From: an uncultured Desulfatitalea sp.
GTDB lineage: Bacteria; Desulfobacterota; Desulfobacteria; Desulfobacterales; Desulfosarcinaceae
DNA: 64,000 nt
Assembly (NCBI GenBank): GCA_963668675.2
Contig: CAXXMB010000002.1
Span: 2,208,001 to 2,272,000, forward strand
Direction: 5' to 3'
Below the pieces are notes generated by a model that worked only from the letters and a program-made list of their open reading frames with translations, had not been told where the DNA came from and made no database searches. Position numbers and translations under genes: made by a program. Numbering within the stretch: the stretch's first letter is position 1; each line of letters starts with the position of its first letter. Below are positions 30,279 to 42,925 of this stretch, piece after piece.

Positions 30279-31976
30279 TCAAAGCTTGCCGGACCGGATG
30301 ATTGAAAAGATGAGCCACAACCCCAGGATGGTGGCGATGCAGTATCCCGTCAGGCCAAGCAGCTGGGTGATGGGGATGGTCTGCAGACCGAACAGGTCGA
30401 TCTCGATGGCGAGTGCGTCGGGTGCCGTCGAGTTGAGGATCAGGGAGGCGGCAATGATGGATGCCGAGACCACCAGGCCAATGGTGAGCCGGTTCAGTCC
30501 GGTTTCAAATTTACTGGAGGCTTGGTCCAGGCCGTCATGCTTCAGGTCCAGGCGGTGTTCGCCCAGCGCCAGGCGGCGCAGGATGTCGTGGGTCAGCTTG
30601 GGCATCCAGCGCAGGTAGCCGCCGGCCGTTCTGGCTTCGCGGCCCAGGTTTTTGAACATTTTCTGGGCCTCGTAGCCGCGCTGCAGCAGCCGTTTGGCAT
30701 AGGGGCGGGTCACTTCGAGGAGGCTGGCGTCCGAATCGAGTATTTTGCCCAGCGCTTCGGTCTGAATGAAGGTCTTGAGCAGCAGGAGCAGGTTGCGCGG
30801 TAGGGTGACCCGGTATTTGCGTACCATTCGCATGAGCTGGTCGTGGACATCTTTGACCGCGATGGTTTTGAGTGCACGGCCGTAAAACGGTTCGCTGATC
30901 TCTTTCAGATCGACCCGAAACCGGCTGAAGTCCACCGTTTCGGGATGGATCAGGCCGGCCGCCTCGAAGGCCTCCATGACCAGGTCGTAGTCGTGTTCGG
31001 AAAAGCCCAGGAAGACATTGGCGATCTGCAGCATGGTCTCTTCGTCGAGGTAGCCCACGATGCCGAAGTCCACCAGGCTGACGCGGCCGTCATCCATGAC
31101 GAGAGTGTTGCCCGGATGGGGGTCGGCGTGGAAGATGCCTGCCTGCATCAGCTGGCGCGAGAACGAGCGCAAGCCGATGTTGGCGATCTCCTGGGGGTCG
31201 ATGCCCTTGGCTCGGATGTCGTCGACCCGGTCCATCCTGATCCCGTCGATATGCTCCATCACCAGCACCGACTTGGAGGTGTGCAGCCAGTAGACGTTGG
31301 GGATGTAGATCTCCTCGATCTCCTTGAAGCTCTGGGTGAAGCGCTCGATGTTGCCCGCCTCGATGAGCATGTCGAGTTCGCGGAATATGGTGCGCTCGAA
31401 CTCCTTGACCAGGTTGACCGCCCCCAGAACGCGGCCCAGTTCATAGCGCTTCTCGATGCGGGCGGCAAAGTAGTACATCACCTCGATGTCGTTTCGTATG
31501 CGCTTGTCGATACCCGGTCGGATCACTTTGACAGCTACCTTCTCCCCGCTCTTCAAATAGGCGCTGTGCACCTGGGCCACCGAGGCCGCGGCCATGGATT
31601 GAGGGTTGAAGTGGTCGAACACATCGTGCAGGGGTTGCTTCAGTTCGCGTTCGATGATCGCCTGGATCTCTTCGAACGGCACAGGCGGGACGCTATCCTG
31701 CAGCTTGCTGAACTCCTCGATATATTCGGGGGGAAACATGTCGCCGCGGGTGGCCATCAACTGGCCGAGCTTGATGAAGCTGGGACCCAGCTCTTCGAGG
31801 GCCCGGCGGATGCGCGCCGGGTTGGGCAGGCCCGATTTGACCCTTCCTGCGGCAGCCTTTTTACGGCTCCAGACTCGCTCGGAGACCTCTCCGAGGCCGT
31901 GCTTGATCAGAACGCGCGAAATCGCGCCGAAGTGCCGGATGCCGCGAATGCGGCGGCTGCCGAAGGGAAATTGCAT
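30279..31976 (-). CDS. ABC1/AarF/UbiB-family atypical kinase
   Basis: LGPSFIKLGQ, AAASVAQVH, VAVKV, FHADPHPGN, DFG. Confidence 0.92.
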   Translation of the reverse strand: MQFPFGSRRIRGIRHFGAISRVLIKHGLGEVSERVWSRKKAAAGRVKSGLPNPARIRRALEELGPSFIKLGQLMATRGDMFPPEYIEEFSKLQDSVPPVPFEEIQAIIERELKQPLHDVFDHFNPQSMAAASVAQVHSAYLKSGEKVAVKVIRPGIDKRIRNDIEVMYYFAARIEKRYELGRVLGAVNLVKEFERTIFRELDMLIEAGNIERFTQSFKEIEEIYIPNVYWLHTSKSVLVMEHIDGIRMDRVDDIRAKGIDPQEIANIGLRSFSRQLMQAGIFHADPHPGNTLVMDDGRVSLVDFGIVGYLDEETMLQIANVFLGFSEHDYDLVMEAFEAAGLIHPETVDFSRFRVDLKEISEPFYGRALKTIAVKDVHDQLMRMVRKYRVTLPRNLLLLLKTFIQTEALGKILDSDASLLEVTRPYAKRLLQRGYEAQKMFKNLGREARTAGGYLRWMPKLTHDILRRLALGEHRLDLKHDGLDQASSKFETGLNRLTIGLVVSASIIAASLILNSTAPDALAIEIDLFGLQTIPITQLLGLTGYCIATILGLWLIFSIIRSGKL

Positions 31977-32058
31977 TATCACTTCCTTTTGACCGCGCCC
32001 GTCGGCCCGGCCAGACAACTGTACCGTCTGAACGGCATTGGTTTAAACGGATGGATGG

Positions 32059-32316
32059 CTACTGGTCTTCATCGTCGGTTTTGCCGTCGGTTTTATTGAC
32101 CGGCTGCCAACGACGCTTGATTTCGGCCAGCTTCTCCTCATCGGCGACATAGCGCTCCAGCCGGCCGCACTCGACGCATACGTAGTTGTTCAAAGGGGCC
32201 ATGGAGGTGAGGCTGACGGGAATCGAGTTGCTCCCGAAGGGCCCGCCCTTCAGCGGCAGTTCGGTGGCTGCGTAGATCTGTTGTGAACCGCAATGCGGAC
32301 ATTTGCCGTCTTTCAT
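32059..32316 (-). CDS. Small zinc-ribbon protein
   Basis: CPHC...CVECG; RBS GGAAGGAG. Confidence 0.65.
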   Translation of the reverse strand: MKDGKCPHCGSQQIYAATELPLKGGPFGSNSIPVSLTSMAPLNNYVCVECGRLERYVADEEKLAEIKRRWQPVNKTDGKTDDEDQ

Positions 32317-32429
32317 CGGATCTCCTTCCTATGGATCGGGTGGGGGTGCTGGTTGGGCTATCAGGAAAAGTTATGACCTAAAGCGGTTCAGGTGTCAATG
32401 CGGTAGCAGGGTTGCCACTCGTTCCGCCT

Positions 32430-34505
<2,076 letters not shown>

Positions 34506-34732
34506 TTAACGTCATCCGCCCCAGGGACGCAACCGTTATTCGAGCAGTCGTGCACGAAACGGATCCGATATCGGCCATCTGCACGAATGGATACCCGGAT
34601 GTGTATTGGAGCTAAAGAATTCGAGCGAAGGACCGATCAAATACCCATTCGTAGATTAGGATGTGAGAATGCAGCCTGTCTGTGGACCGTTGTCGTCCGC
34701 GGCGACAGGCGTCTGCGTGTGGGAGGATTGGG

Positions 34733-35956
34733 ATGGCGCTGGTGAGGGTTGATAAATTGACAGCGGGGGCTGTGCTGGCCGAGGAGGTCCGCGACGTCAA
34801 TGCAAGGTTGTTGATTTCCAGAGGGCAGGCACTGGAAGAGAAGCATTTTCGCATCCTTAAGATGTGGGGGATATTCGAAGTCCAGGTAGAAGGAGAGGCC
34901 GCCGGTCCGGACGAAGAGCAGGCGCCGGTGGACATCGAGCGGCTCGACGAGGTCAGCAACGAAATAAAGCGCATATTCAGCGCCGTGGATATGACCCATC
35001 CGGCCGTCAAAGAGGTGGTGCGGCTGTCGATCGAATATCGATTGAATCGGCCTGGCATAGTGCAACCGCCCGATCGCCAACGGCCGACCGATGCGACCAA
35101 GGGCGTTTCCACACGCGAGATGCTGGCCCGCATCGACCGCCTGGAGATCAAACTGCCCGAAGTGCCCTCGCTTGTCTATGAGCTCAACGATATCATTGCC
35201 GATCCAATGTCCTCGGCCGGCGATATCTCCCAGGTGGTCGGAAAGAGCCCCAGTCTGACGGCCACCCTGCTGAGAATCGTCAACTCCGCCTTTTACGGTT
35301 TTCGCTCGAAAATAGACAGCATCTCAAGGGCCGTCACCCTGATCGGGTCCAAGGAGCTCTCCAGTCTGGCCCTGGGGATCACCATCATGGAGACATTCAA
35401 GGATATCTCCAAACAGGTGGTCGATGTGGGCTCTTTTCTGGAGCACAACCTCGCCTGCGGTATGGTGGCCCGTATCATGGCCGCCTACGGTAAAATAGCC
35501 AACACCGAGCAGCTTTTCGTTTCGGGCATGTTGCACGATATCGGCAGACTGGTGCTGTGCAGATATTTTCCCCAGGAGGTCAAGAACGCATTTGCCATGG
35601 CGGCAGAATCGGGCGAATCCCTGCTGGCGGTCGAGCGATCCCATCTGGGTTGCACCCATGTTCAGCTGGGCAAGCGCCTGCTCAGGAAATGGAAGTTGCC
35701 CTACACGCTGGAAAACAGCATCTCCTACCATCACAACCCGTCGGCATCGCCCACTCCAGAGCTGGCCGCCATCCTCCAGATGGCCGATATGGTCGTGCAT
35801 GGTTTGGGCATCGGCAACAGCGGCGAGCGCAAGGTGCCCTCCTTTGATGCTAAAGCGTGGCAGAGTGTCAATTTGCCGGTGACTGCCTTTCGCTCGCTGG
35901 TGCACCAGGCCGCTAAACAGTCCGAGTCCTTCCGGGATCTTCTGAACAGGAGTTAA
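34733..35956 (+). CDS. HDOD-domain signalling protein
   Basis: LLRIVNSAFYG, GMLHDIGRLVL, WKLP..L...ISYHH. Confidence 0.88.
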   Translation: MALVRVDKLTAGAVLAEEVRDVNARLLISRGQALEEKHFRILKMWGIFEVQVEGEAAGPDEEQAPVDIERLDEVSNEIKRIFSAVDMTHPAVKEVVRLSIEYRLNRPGIVQPPDRQRPTDATKGVSTREMLARIDRLEIKLPEVPSLVYELNDIIADPMSSAGDISQVVGKSPSLTATLLRIVNSAFYGFRSKIDSISRAVTLIGSKELSSLALGITIMETFKDISKQVVDVGSFLEHNLACGMVARIMAAYGKIANTEQLFVSGMLHDIGRLVLCRYFPQEVKNAFAMAAESGESLLAVERSHLGCTHVQLGKRLLRKWKLPYTLENSISYHHNPSASPTPELAAILQMADMVVHGLGIGNSGERKVPSFDAKAWQSVNLPVTAFRSLVHQAAKQSESFRDLLNRS

Positions 35957-35959
35957 GCG

Positions 35960-38191
35960 ATGACGGAAACGGTCGAGATCGCCAACCAACGGCTGCAGGC
36001 CCGCATCGAGCACCTGGAGGAGAACCGTCGTTTTATCCAGAATGCCTTGGAGATGGTGCTCTCCATGGCCGATTTCAACATTGACATTCGCGCTGACTCC
36101 GGATGCAATCAGCTGGTGCAGATCGCAGTGGAGCGCATCCAAAAGATTATCCCCCTGAAGGGCTGCACCGTCTACCAGGTGGATGACCAGACCGCTGAGT
36201 TCATGCCCTCTTTTTGCAGCCCCGCCGCCTTCAAGCCGGTTTTCAAGCCTCAGATCGAGTTCATGATCGAAGAGGGCTATTTTGCCTGGGCCATTCGGGA
36301 GCGGCGCGGACTTTACATCGACTCCCAGGAGCACGGCACCCCCTTTCTGCTGCATGTGATTGCCAACAATGCCGGGGTCAAAGGCATGTTCATCGGGCTG
36401 CTCGAAAAGGGCCGCGGTGCTATTCCGAGCAGTTCGCTGACGTTGCTCTCCATTGCCCTGTTCAACATGGCCACCCTGATGGACAGCATGAATCTCTACC
36501 AGATGGTCAAAAACCAGAATCTACTTCTTGAAGAGAAGGTGGCCCAGCGCACCGAACGGCTCAACAGGTCCAAATTGGAACTCCAGAAGGCGATGCAGCA
36601 TCAGGAGCAGCTGGCCCAGGCGGCCGAGCAGGCCAATCGCGCCAAAGGCCTATTTTTGGCCAACATGAGCCATGAGATCCGCACCCCGCTCAACGGTATC
36701 ATCGGCTGCACCGAGATCATGCTCAAATCGAAGCGACTGGACGAATGTCACACTCTGGCCCGCACTTCCCTGGTCGAGTCCGAGCACCTGCTGAACCTGA
36801 TCAACAATGTCCTCGACTACTCCAAAATCGAGGCCGGGAAGATCGAGCTGGAAAGGCGCCCCTTCAACCTCGTGGAGCTGGTGCACTCCATCATTGATGG
36901 CATGCGCTATCAGGCAGAAGTCAAAGGGCTGGGATTGAAATCCGAATTCCACGGAGCACCGGCGGCCAACGTGAGCGGCGATGCCTTGCGGCTGAGGCAG
37001 ATCCTGATCAATCTGACCAACAATGCGGTCAAGTTTACATCGAAAGGGTCGGTCACCCTATCGGTTGAAAAGATGGGAGAGGTAACAGACCCATCCGCCC
37101 AGACATTGCGTTTTTCGGTGATCGATACTGGCATCGGCATTCCCAAAGAGCGCCAGAAGGTCATCTTTGAACGCTTTTCCCAGGCTGACGAGAGCACCAC
37201 CCGACGATATGGCGGCACCGGCCTGGGCACCGCCATCGCCTATCAGCTGGTCGAGTTGATGGGTGGGCGGCTGCGCGTGGAGAGCGATGCGGCCCATGGT
37301 TCGATTTTCTCATTTGTGATCGACCTGGATGTGGTCGACTTAAAGGAGGAAGTGAGTCTGTCCAGGGGAGGAGGCGTTGCTTCAGCCAAAGATGCCGAAA
37401 CCGGAGAGATTCAACCCGGGCAGATCCTGGTGGCCGAAGACACACCGGTGAACCAGATGGTGATCCGAAAATACCTCGAAGATGGGGGGCATTTGGTCCA
37501 TCTGGTCGAGAATGGGCGTGAGGCGGTTGCGGCCTGCAGCTCTGGGAAATACGATCTGGTCCTGATGGACGTCCAGATGCCCGAAATGGACGGACTCGAA
37601 GCCACCCGCCGTATCAAGGCCCAATGGTCGCCGCACGAGCAGATCCCCATTCTCGCCCTCACTGCCAACACCGATCTCAAAACCCGAGACGATTGTGAGG
37701 CGGCCGGCATGGATGAGGTGCTGACCAAGCCGATTCGGCGCGCCGCCCTCATGGCCGGAGTGAACCGCTGGTTGTCTGGTCATAGCGCCTTCCCTTCGGA
37801 TGACAGGCGCATGCCGGCGCCCTGCGCGGAGAAAGCGCTCCCTGAAAAGGAGGATGGCGTGCCGCCATTCGATCTGGAGACAGCCATCTATGAATTCGGC
37901 GACCGGGAGATGGTGCGCGATGTGGTGCAGCAGCTTATCGAAAACGTCGCCATGCAGATCGAAGAGATCCAGAAGGCGCATGGTGCCGGAGAGGTCATGC
38001 TTATTCAAAAGCGCGCCCATGCCATCAAAGGGGGGGCGGCCACGGCCGAAGCCGGCCATCTGGCAGCCACGGCTGCTGATTTGGAGGATCTGTGCAGGGA
38101 GGGGGACAGCAACCGGGTCGCGCCCACGATCGAGAAATTGATCGGCGCCTATGAGGCACTGAAGCAATATACCGAATCGGTATCCTGGTGA
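35960..38191 (+). CDS. Hybrid sensor histidine kinase (HisKA-HATPase-REC-Hpt)
   Basis: [34 protein letters not shown]. Confidence 0.92.
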   Translation: MTETVEIANQRLQARIEHLEENRRFIQNALEMVLSMADFNIDIRADSGCNQLVQIAVERIQKIIPLKGCTVYQVDDQTAEFMPSFCSPAAFKPVFKPQIEFMIEEGYFAWAIRERRGLYIDSQEHGTPFLLHVIANNAGVKGMFIGLLEKGRGAIPSSSLTLLSIALFNMATLMDSMNLYQMVKNQNLLLEEKVAQRTERLNRSKLELQKAMQHQEQLAQAAEQANRAKGLFLANMSHEIRTPLNGIIGCTEIMLKSKRLDECHTLARTSLVESEHLLNLINNVLDYSKIEAGKIELERRPFNLVELVHSIIDGMRYQAEVKGLGLKSEFHGAPAANVSGDALRLRQILINLTNNAVKFTSKGSVTLSVEKMGEVTDPSAQTLRFSVIDTGIGIPKERQKVIFERFSQADESTTRRYGGTGLGTAIAYQLVELMGGRLRVESDAAHGSIFSFVIDLDVVDLKEEVSLSRGGGVASAKDAETGEIQPGQILVAEDTPVNQMVIRKYLEDGGHLVHLVENGREAVAACSSGKYDLVLMDVQMPEMDGLEATRRIKAQWSPHEQIPILALTANTDLKTRDDCEAAGMDEVLTKPIRRAALMAGVNRWLSGHSAFPSDDRRMPAPCAEKALPEKEDGVPPFDLETAIYEFGDREMVRDVVQQLIENVAMQIEEIQKAHGAGEVMLIQKRAHAIKGGAATAEAGHLAATAADLEDLCREGDSNRVAPTIEKLIGAYEALKQYTESVSW

Positions 38192-38237
38192 CCCAACGCC
38201 AGTGGCACCGGCGGTAAGTATGAGCAAATAGAAGGAG

Positions 38238-38645
38238 ATGGTTATGAAAATTTTGATCATCGATGATGAGATGTCGGCATTGACGAAAATGAAGGTGCTT
38301 CTATCGCCATACGGTGAGTGCACCCTCTCTACTCACGGCCACCAGGCAATGCAGTTTTGCGCCAAGGCGATCGAGGGTGGGGTGCCGTTCGAGCTGATTG
38401 CCATCGATATCCAGCTGGGTGACACCACCGGGCATGATTTGATGGAGGAGATCAAGACGTTGGAGGCCAAAGCCAATGTGAGACCGGCCAGAAAGATCAT
38501 GATCACCGCATCGGGGACCAAGGAGAACCTGGTCAAGGCCCACACCAAGGGGTGCGATGCCTTTCTGGTCAAACCGGTCAAGCGCGATGCGCTCGAACAG
38601 AAGATGCTCTCCCTGGGCTACGCCAAAAAGGGTGCGGCGGAATAG
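38238..38645 (+). CDS. Single-domain response regulator
   Basis: ILIIDD, IDIQL, FLVKP. Confidence 0.88.
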   Translation: MVMKILIIDDEMSALTKMKVLLSPYGECTLSTHGHQAMQFCAKAIEGGVPFELIAIDIQLGDTTGHDLMEEIKTLEAKANVRPARKIMITASGTKENLVKAHTKGCDAFLVKPVKRDALEQKMLSLGYAKKGAAE

Positions 38646-38790
38646 GATGCCCGTGGACATGTTCGAGAGAATGAGTGACGGGCATCTGACCTGGTGAACG
38701 GCCGGCGGAAGTCCGTCGTAAGCTCCGTCTTGAGTTGGCGCTCGCCTTGGGGTAAGGATAGGAGAAGATACCCCGGCAAGGAGTGCGTCG

Positions 38791-39621
38791 ATGCCCATCT
38801 ACTATGTTGACGGAAAATTTCTGCCCGACGATAAGGCCCTCATCCCGGTGGATGACCTGGCCGTGCTTCGCGGCATCGGTGTCTTTGACCTGCTGCGCAC
38901 TTACAACGGCAAACCCCTTTTTCTGAAGGAGCACGTCAGTCGCCTGTTCGATTCGGCCCGTCAGATCAATATCGAGCTGCCCTGGAGCCACGAGGAGGTG
39001 TGCCGGATCGCCCTGGAAACCCTCTCGCGCAACACCCTGGATGAAGCCAATATCCGCATCGTCGCCACCGGCGGCTCCAGCCCCGACTTCATGACGCCCC
39101 AGGGGCGGCCCCGCCTGCTGATGCTTGTCACCCCACTACCCCGGCTGCCCGCCGAATGGTACGACCAGGGCGTCAAAGTGGTCACCATGCGCACCGAACG
39201 CCGCATTCCCGGCGCAAAGAGCATCGACTACGTGCCCGCCGCCATGGCCCTTCAAAAAGCCAAATCCAAAGGCGCCATCGAAGCCCTCTACGTCGATCGC
39301 CATGAAAATGCCCTGGAGGGCACCACCAGCAACCTCTTCGCCGTCATCGGCGAAACGCTGGTCACCCCCGGTCGCGGCATCCTCTCAGGCATCACCCGTC
39401 AGTCGGTCCTGGAGATCTCGCGGCCATTGCTGCCCGTCGAAATCCGCGATTTGGCTTTGACCGAGCTGCTTGGCGCCAACGAAGCCTTCATCACCGGCAC
39501 CAACAAGGGCCTGGTGCCGGTCGTCCAAATCGACGACACCCCCATCGGCGACGGCAAACCAGGCCCCAACACCCGCCGCATCATGACCGCTTTAGAGTCC
39601 CATCTGGCGGAGGCGCTCTAA
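38791..39621 (+). CDS. Class IV aminotransferase (branched-chain/D-amino acid type)
   Basis: GIGVFD, AKS, EGTTSNLF, ILSGITR, EAFITGT. Confidence 0.9.
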   Translation: MPIYYVDGKFLPDDKALIPVDDLAVLRGIGVFDLLRTYNGKPLFLKEHVSRLFDSARQINIELPWSHEEVCRIALETLSRNTLDEANIRIVATGGSSPDFMTPQGRPRLLMLVTPLPRLPAEWYDQGVKVVTMRTERRIPGAKSIDYVPAAMALQKAKSKGAIEALYVDRHENALEGTTSNLFAVIGETLVTPGRGILSGITRQSVLEISRPLLPVEIRDLALTELLGANEAFITGTNKGLVPVVQIDDTPIGDGKPGPNTRRIMTALESHLAEAL

Positions 39622-39684
39622 GAACGAATGAGCGCCAGCACTTTTACTATTAGGGGATGTAATAAACAGTTACTTTTTAACGCC

Positions 39685-39870
39685 GGTCGCTGTGCCGCCA
39701 TGCACCCCAGGCGGAAGCACCACAAGATCCAAGTGCCGCTACGGGTGCGTTCCGGGCGGCCTGCAAACTCGCTGCGCTCAAACAGTGCAGGCCGCTGATC
39801 CTCCACCCACCCTATCGGCACTAAGATCTTGCGCTGAAATCCGCCTGGGGTGCATGGCGGCACAGCGACC
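39685..39870. repeat. 186-bp rod-like palindromic element with perfect 31-bp terminal inverted repeats
   Basis: GGTCGCTGTGCCGCCATGCACCCCAGGCGGA (39685-715) is the reverse complement of 39840-870; internal arms also pair. Confidence 0.85.
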
Positions 39871-40013
39871 TCCTATTGTGATAGTCAACGGAACGCTTGG
39901 CGTCTGCGGCGAGGACCGCTTTTTGGTCCGATTCTGGTGTTGAGCTAAATATGATGCGCTCGAAAGAAGTCCCAATAGTACTTTTTTCGTCATTCCGGCG
40001 CAGGCCGGGATCC

Positions 40014-40838
40014 GTGCGCCTGGAAGCAGGCGCGACCTGGCAGGTGCAAGTCCTGTCTCGGGAGATGCCCGCTCCCGATAGCCGAAGGTAACTGCGTCAC
40101 CGCGAGGTGGGGTGGGAAGCAACCGGAGGCGAATATGCAGTCCGTAGCAGTATTGCGAACGCGATTCGGCCGTGCGTAGCGACGAGCCTGCGGATCCAAG
40201 GCGAAGTCCGGACCGGTATCGACGGCTTGCTGCAGGTTGGCGAAAACCCCGGGAACGACTGCGAGTCACCCGGAAGCCACAGGATGCCGGAAGCCCATCA
40301 CGCTTGGCGGGCAGCACAAAAGCGATGATGGGGTGCGCGAGGTGTTTGGTGACGGAATGCATGGAAGATCGCGCCGTGTGAACCAGGGAGACCTGCCCGT
40401 TTGAAGGACGGCGTTCATTCTGCCGGATAAGCAGACGAAGAGCCAAGCGGGCAGGAGTCAGAGCGTCCATATGAGCGAAGAAGCGGGATAACGCCCGTGG
40501 AGCAAAGGGACGCAGGAAGGTGGATGCGAGATGCGCATACCAGGCGAACAACGACCTGCGACAGTGTCGAAGACTAAACAAACAGGAGAAACCCCCAACC
40601 GCAAATGGGAGTGGGTGGAACGCACGGTATGGACGGATCGCATGCTGGAGGCCCTCGACAAGGGGGTGAAAGGAGGCAATACTTTGGGGACCTTGGGTGT
40701 TTTAGCCTTCACGATGCCCATCGTGCCTTGCTCCAGTCCTCGTGAGGTGAACCGCCGACCGGAGAGCCGGATGCGGGAGATCCGCATGTCCGGTTCGGAG
40801 GGGGGAGAGCCTGGGTAACCAGGCTTTCCCACCCCTAT
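40014..40838 (+). mobile_element. Group II intron with internally deleted RT/maturase gene (non-autonomous)
   Basis: 5' GTGCG; domain V GAGCCGGATGCGGGAGATCCGCATGTCCGGTTC (40764-96); domain VI ending ACCCCTAT; RT N- and C-terminal remnants. Confidence 0.9.
40531..40745 (+). pseudogene. Fused N- and C-terminal remnants of intron reverse transcriptase
   Basis: WEWVERTVWTDRMLEALDKGVKGG joined out of frame at ~40678 to YFGDLGCFSLHDAHRALLQSS*; no YADD core. Confidence 0.75.
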
Positions 40839-41115
40839 AGTCTTTTAAATGGCTTCGGGATGCCGGATCCAGTCCGGCATGACGTATTGGCGATTTTTTA
40901 CGGGACCATCAAATATTATATGACAAGCATTTGATTAATAGTATTTAACTCCTTGCTTTTAATTGCATTTAGGAAAAATTTAATTCGATTTTTCGCTTCT
41001 TTGATGGGCATAGTTGAGCCATCAGTGCTATTTAGTATTTCAAGGCATTTTTCCGCATAACTCCCAGATTTAATTTCCCAAATGATTTATTTTATGAAAT
41101 TCACAAATTACCATC

Positions 41116-42918
41116 TTACCTTTCGATGTGTTGCGCAACAGCCAGTCCCAACACCTTTTCCACTTGCTCCGCCACCAATCGGCCAGCCACCACCGGGCTC
41201 TCCTCGATGGCCCGCTCCACTGCAACAAACGCTCGCCGCTGGATGCGGTCGCGGCCGACAGTGAGGCGCACGCATATTTGCAAAATGAAGAAGCTGAGCA
41301 GCAACACCACCGCGATGGTCAACAGGGCATGCAGAAAGAAGTCGCCGCTCAAATAGGTGGCGGCAATAAAATGGGACGCCGTCAGCCATCCGATGTAGCC
41401 GAGCAGCACCAGCGTAGGCAGATTGAAGAGGATCTGGAGCATGAAGTGGCTCAGGCTTCCGGCGCTGCGTTCGATTTCGGCATCCAGGGTGTCGCTCCAC
41501 ACATGGCTCACCAACTCCCCCACCGCCTTGTCATCGTCGATCTCAATCCGGCGCACCTGTGGGTCGAAGCGGCCTCGGACCAGCAGTTCGCCGATATCGG
41601 GCCAGCGGGTCCACCACGCCTTCTGAAAGGTCAGCAGGGCGCGGTCGATGCGGTTGCGGTCGCTGAGCGACCCCAGGGCGGCGCGGCTCTCCCGGTAGTG
41701 GCGCCAGGAGGCGATCAGGCCCCACAACTGGCGCAGGGGATTGCCGAAGCGTACCAGGGCCGCCAGCCCGGTGCCGAACAGGACCAGTCTGGACCAGATG
41801 GCCACCAGCCAGCCGACCGGTCCCATCCAGCGCTGGGCCAGGGACTGGTAGAGGCGCGCATTCACGCCCAGCAGCATGCGTTGGTCTTCGGCCCCGAGGC
41901 TGGCCACCGCCTCGCGCAGGGCCTCCTGCTCGGCGGCGGCGATGCGGCCGGCCGCCTCCGTGAGGGTCGGGCGGTCTTTGGCCACGGCGCTTCTCACCCG
42001 GTCGAACAGGTAGGTATTGATCTGGCGTGCATTGGCAAGGCGGCGGTCCGTTGCGGCGCCGGCCCGGTTGAAGGTGTCGAAAACGAGCCGATGCAGCTGC
42101 TCGAACTGGTCGAAGTCATGGCGAGGCTCAGCCTGGAGCTCCCACCGGGGATGATGCAGATGGCGGCGGGCCGAGACGAGGAGCATGGCTTCGGGGTTCG
42201 TGTCCCAGGCCTGTTGCAGATAGCGCTGGAAATCTGGACCGATCTCATCGGTCAGCTCCTCGGCACCCAAGCGGTCGCACTGATTCATCACCGCCACCAA
42301 AGAGGCGCCGTGGAAGCGGCGAACGATGGGGGCCATGAAGTCGGCATGGTCGCGGCGCTTGGGATTTTGGGCGTCGAAAACGCAGATGAGGATATCCGAG
42401 TGGTCGACAGCCTGTTCAATCAGCGGCAGATGAGCATCGTTCCGGGTGCTGTCGGTGTCGGGCGTGTCCACCAGAATCGCATGTGCGAGGGGTTCGGCCG
42501 CCCGATTCGTGCGCACCTCGATAAGGTCTTCTTCCATGGGGCCGATGAGATGGCGGGCCTCCCCGGCATCATCGGCCAGCACCACCAGCTTCTGGGTGGT
42601 CGGCCGCCGGCTGCCTGCCGGCGACAGATCGTCCACTCCGGCCAGGGCGTTGAGGAGGGTTGACTTGCCGGCTCCGGAGGGGCCGATGAGGGTCACCACC
42701 AGGCGCCGGTCCCACCTCTCTTTCATCCGGGTTATCAGCCGTTGCGCCTCCTCGGTCTGCTTGGCCAGGGCGTGGCCCGGAGACCACAGCGGCACCTCCG
42801 CGAGCCGGTCGGCCAGGGTCGTCATCTCATGGGTGCACGCTTCGAGCCGTCCAAGGCTATCCAAGGCGGCCAGCTCCCGGTCGATCATCGAAAGATCTCC
42901 TTTCATGGGGACACTCAT
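41116..42918 (-). CDS. Dynamin/Era-like P-loop GTPase with C-terminal TM helices
   Basis: G1 GPSGAGKS, G2 RPTT, G3 DTPD, G4 NQCD; helical stalk and hydrophobic segments. Confidence 0.8.
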   Translation of the reverse strand: MSVPMKGDLSMIDRELAALDSLGRLEACTHEMTTLADRLAEVPLWSPGHALAKQTEEAQRLITRMKERWDRRLVVTLIGPSGAGKSTLLNALAGVDDLSPAGSRRPTTQKLVVLADDAGEARHLIGPMEEDLIEVRTNRAAEPLAHAILVDTPDTDSTRNDAHLPLIEQAVDHSDILICVFDAQNPKRRDHADFMAPIVRRFHGASLVAVMNQCDRLGAEELTDEIGPDFQRYLQQAWDTNPEAMLLVSARRHLHHPRWELQAEPRHDFDQFEQLHRLVFDTFNRAGAATDRRLANARQINTYLFDRVRSAVAKDRPTLTEAAGRIAAAEQEALREAVASLGAEDQRMLLGVNARLYQSLAQRWMGPVGWLVAIWSRLVLFGTGLAALVRFGNPLRQLWGLIASWRHYRESRAALGSLSDRNRIDRALLTFQKAWWTRWPDIGELLVRGRFDPQVRRIEIDDDKAVGELVSHVWSDTLDAEIERSAGSLSHFMLQILFNLPTLVLLGYIGWLTASHFIAATYLSGDFFLHALLTIAVVLLLSFFILQICVRLTVGRDRIQRRAFVAVERAIEESPVVAGRLVAEQVEKVLGLAVAQHIER

Positions 42919-42925
42919 TTAACGG

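Larger units (their letters stand above)
39953..40910. mobile_element. MITE copy 2 (133 bp without the intron), interrupted by a group II intron
   Basis: GATG...CATC ends, AAATAT on both sides (39947-52, 40911-16), same GTCATTCCGG...CCGGCATGAC core as copy 1. Confidence 0.78.

Noticed and set aside
39778..40832. ORFs of 267, 124 and 95 aa over the intron region
   Set aside because: They are antisense or out-of-frame readings of structured intron RNA; only the RT remnants are meaningful.
40014..40838. Classifying the intron as group IIC because it follows a hairpin
   Set aside because: Domain V is full length with an AGC triad, and a plausible EBS2-IBS2 pairing exists; IIC introns have a shorter domain V with CGC and no EBS2. 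Exact class left open.
40912..41115. Gene or ncRNA in the AT-rich stretch after the MITE
   Set aside because: Only very short ORFs and no convincing structure.
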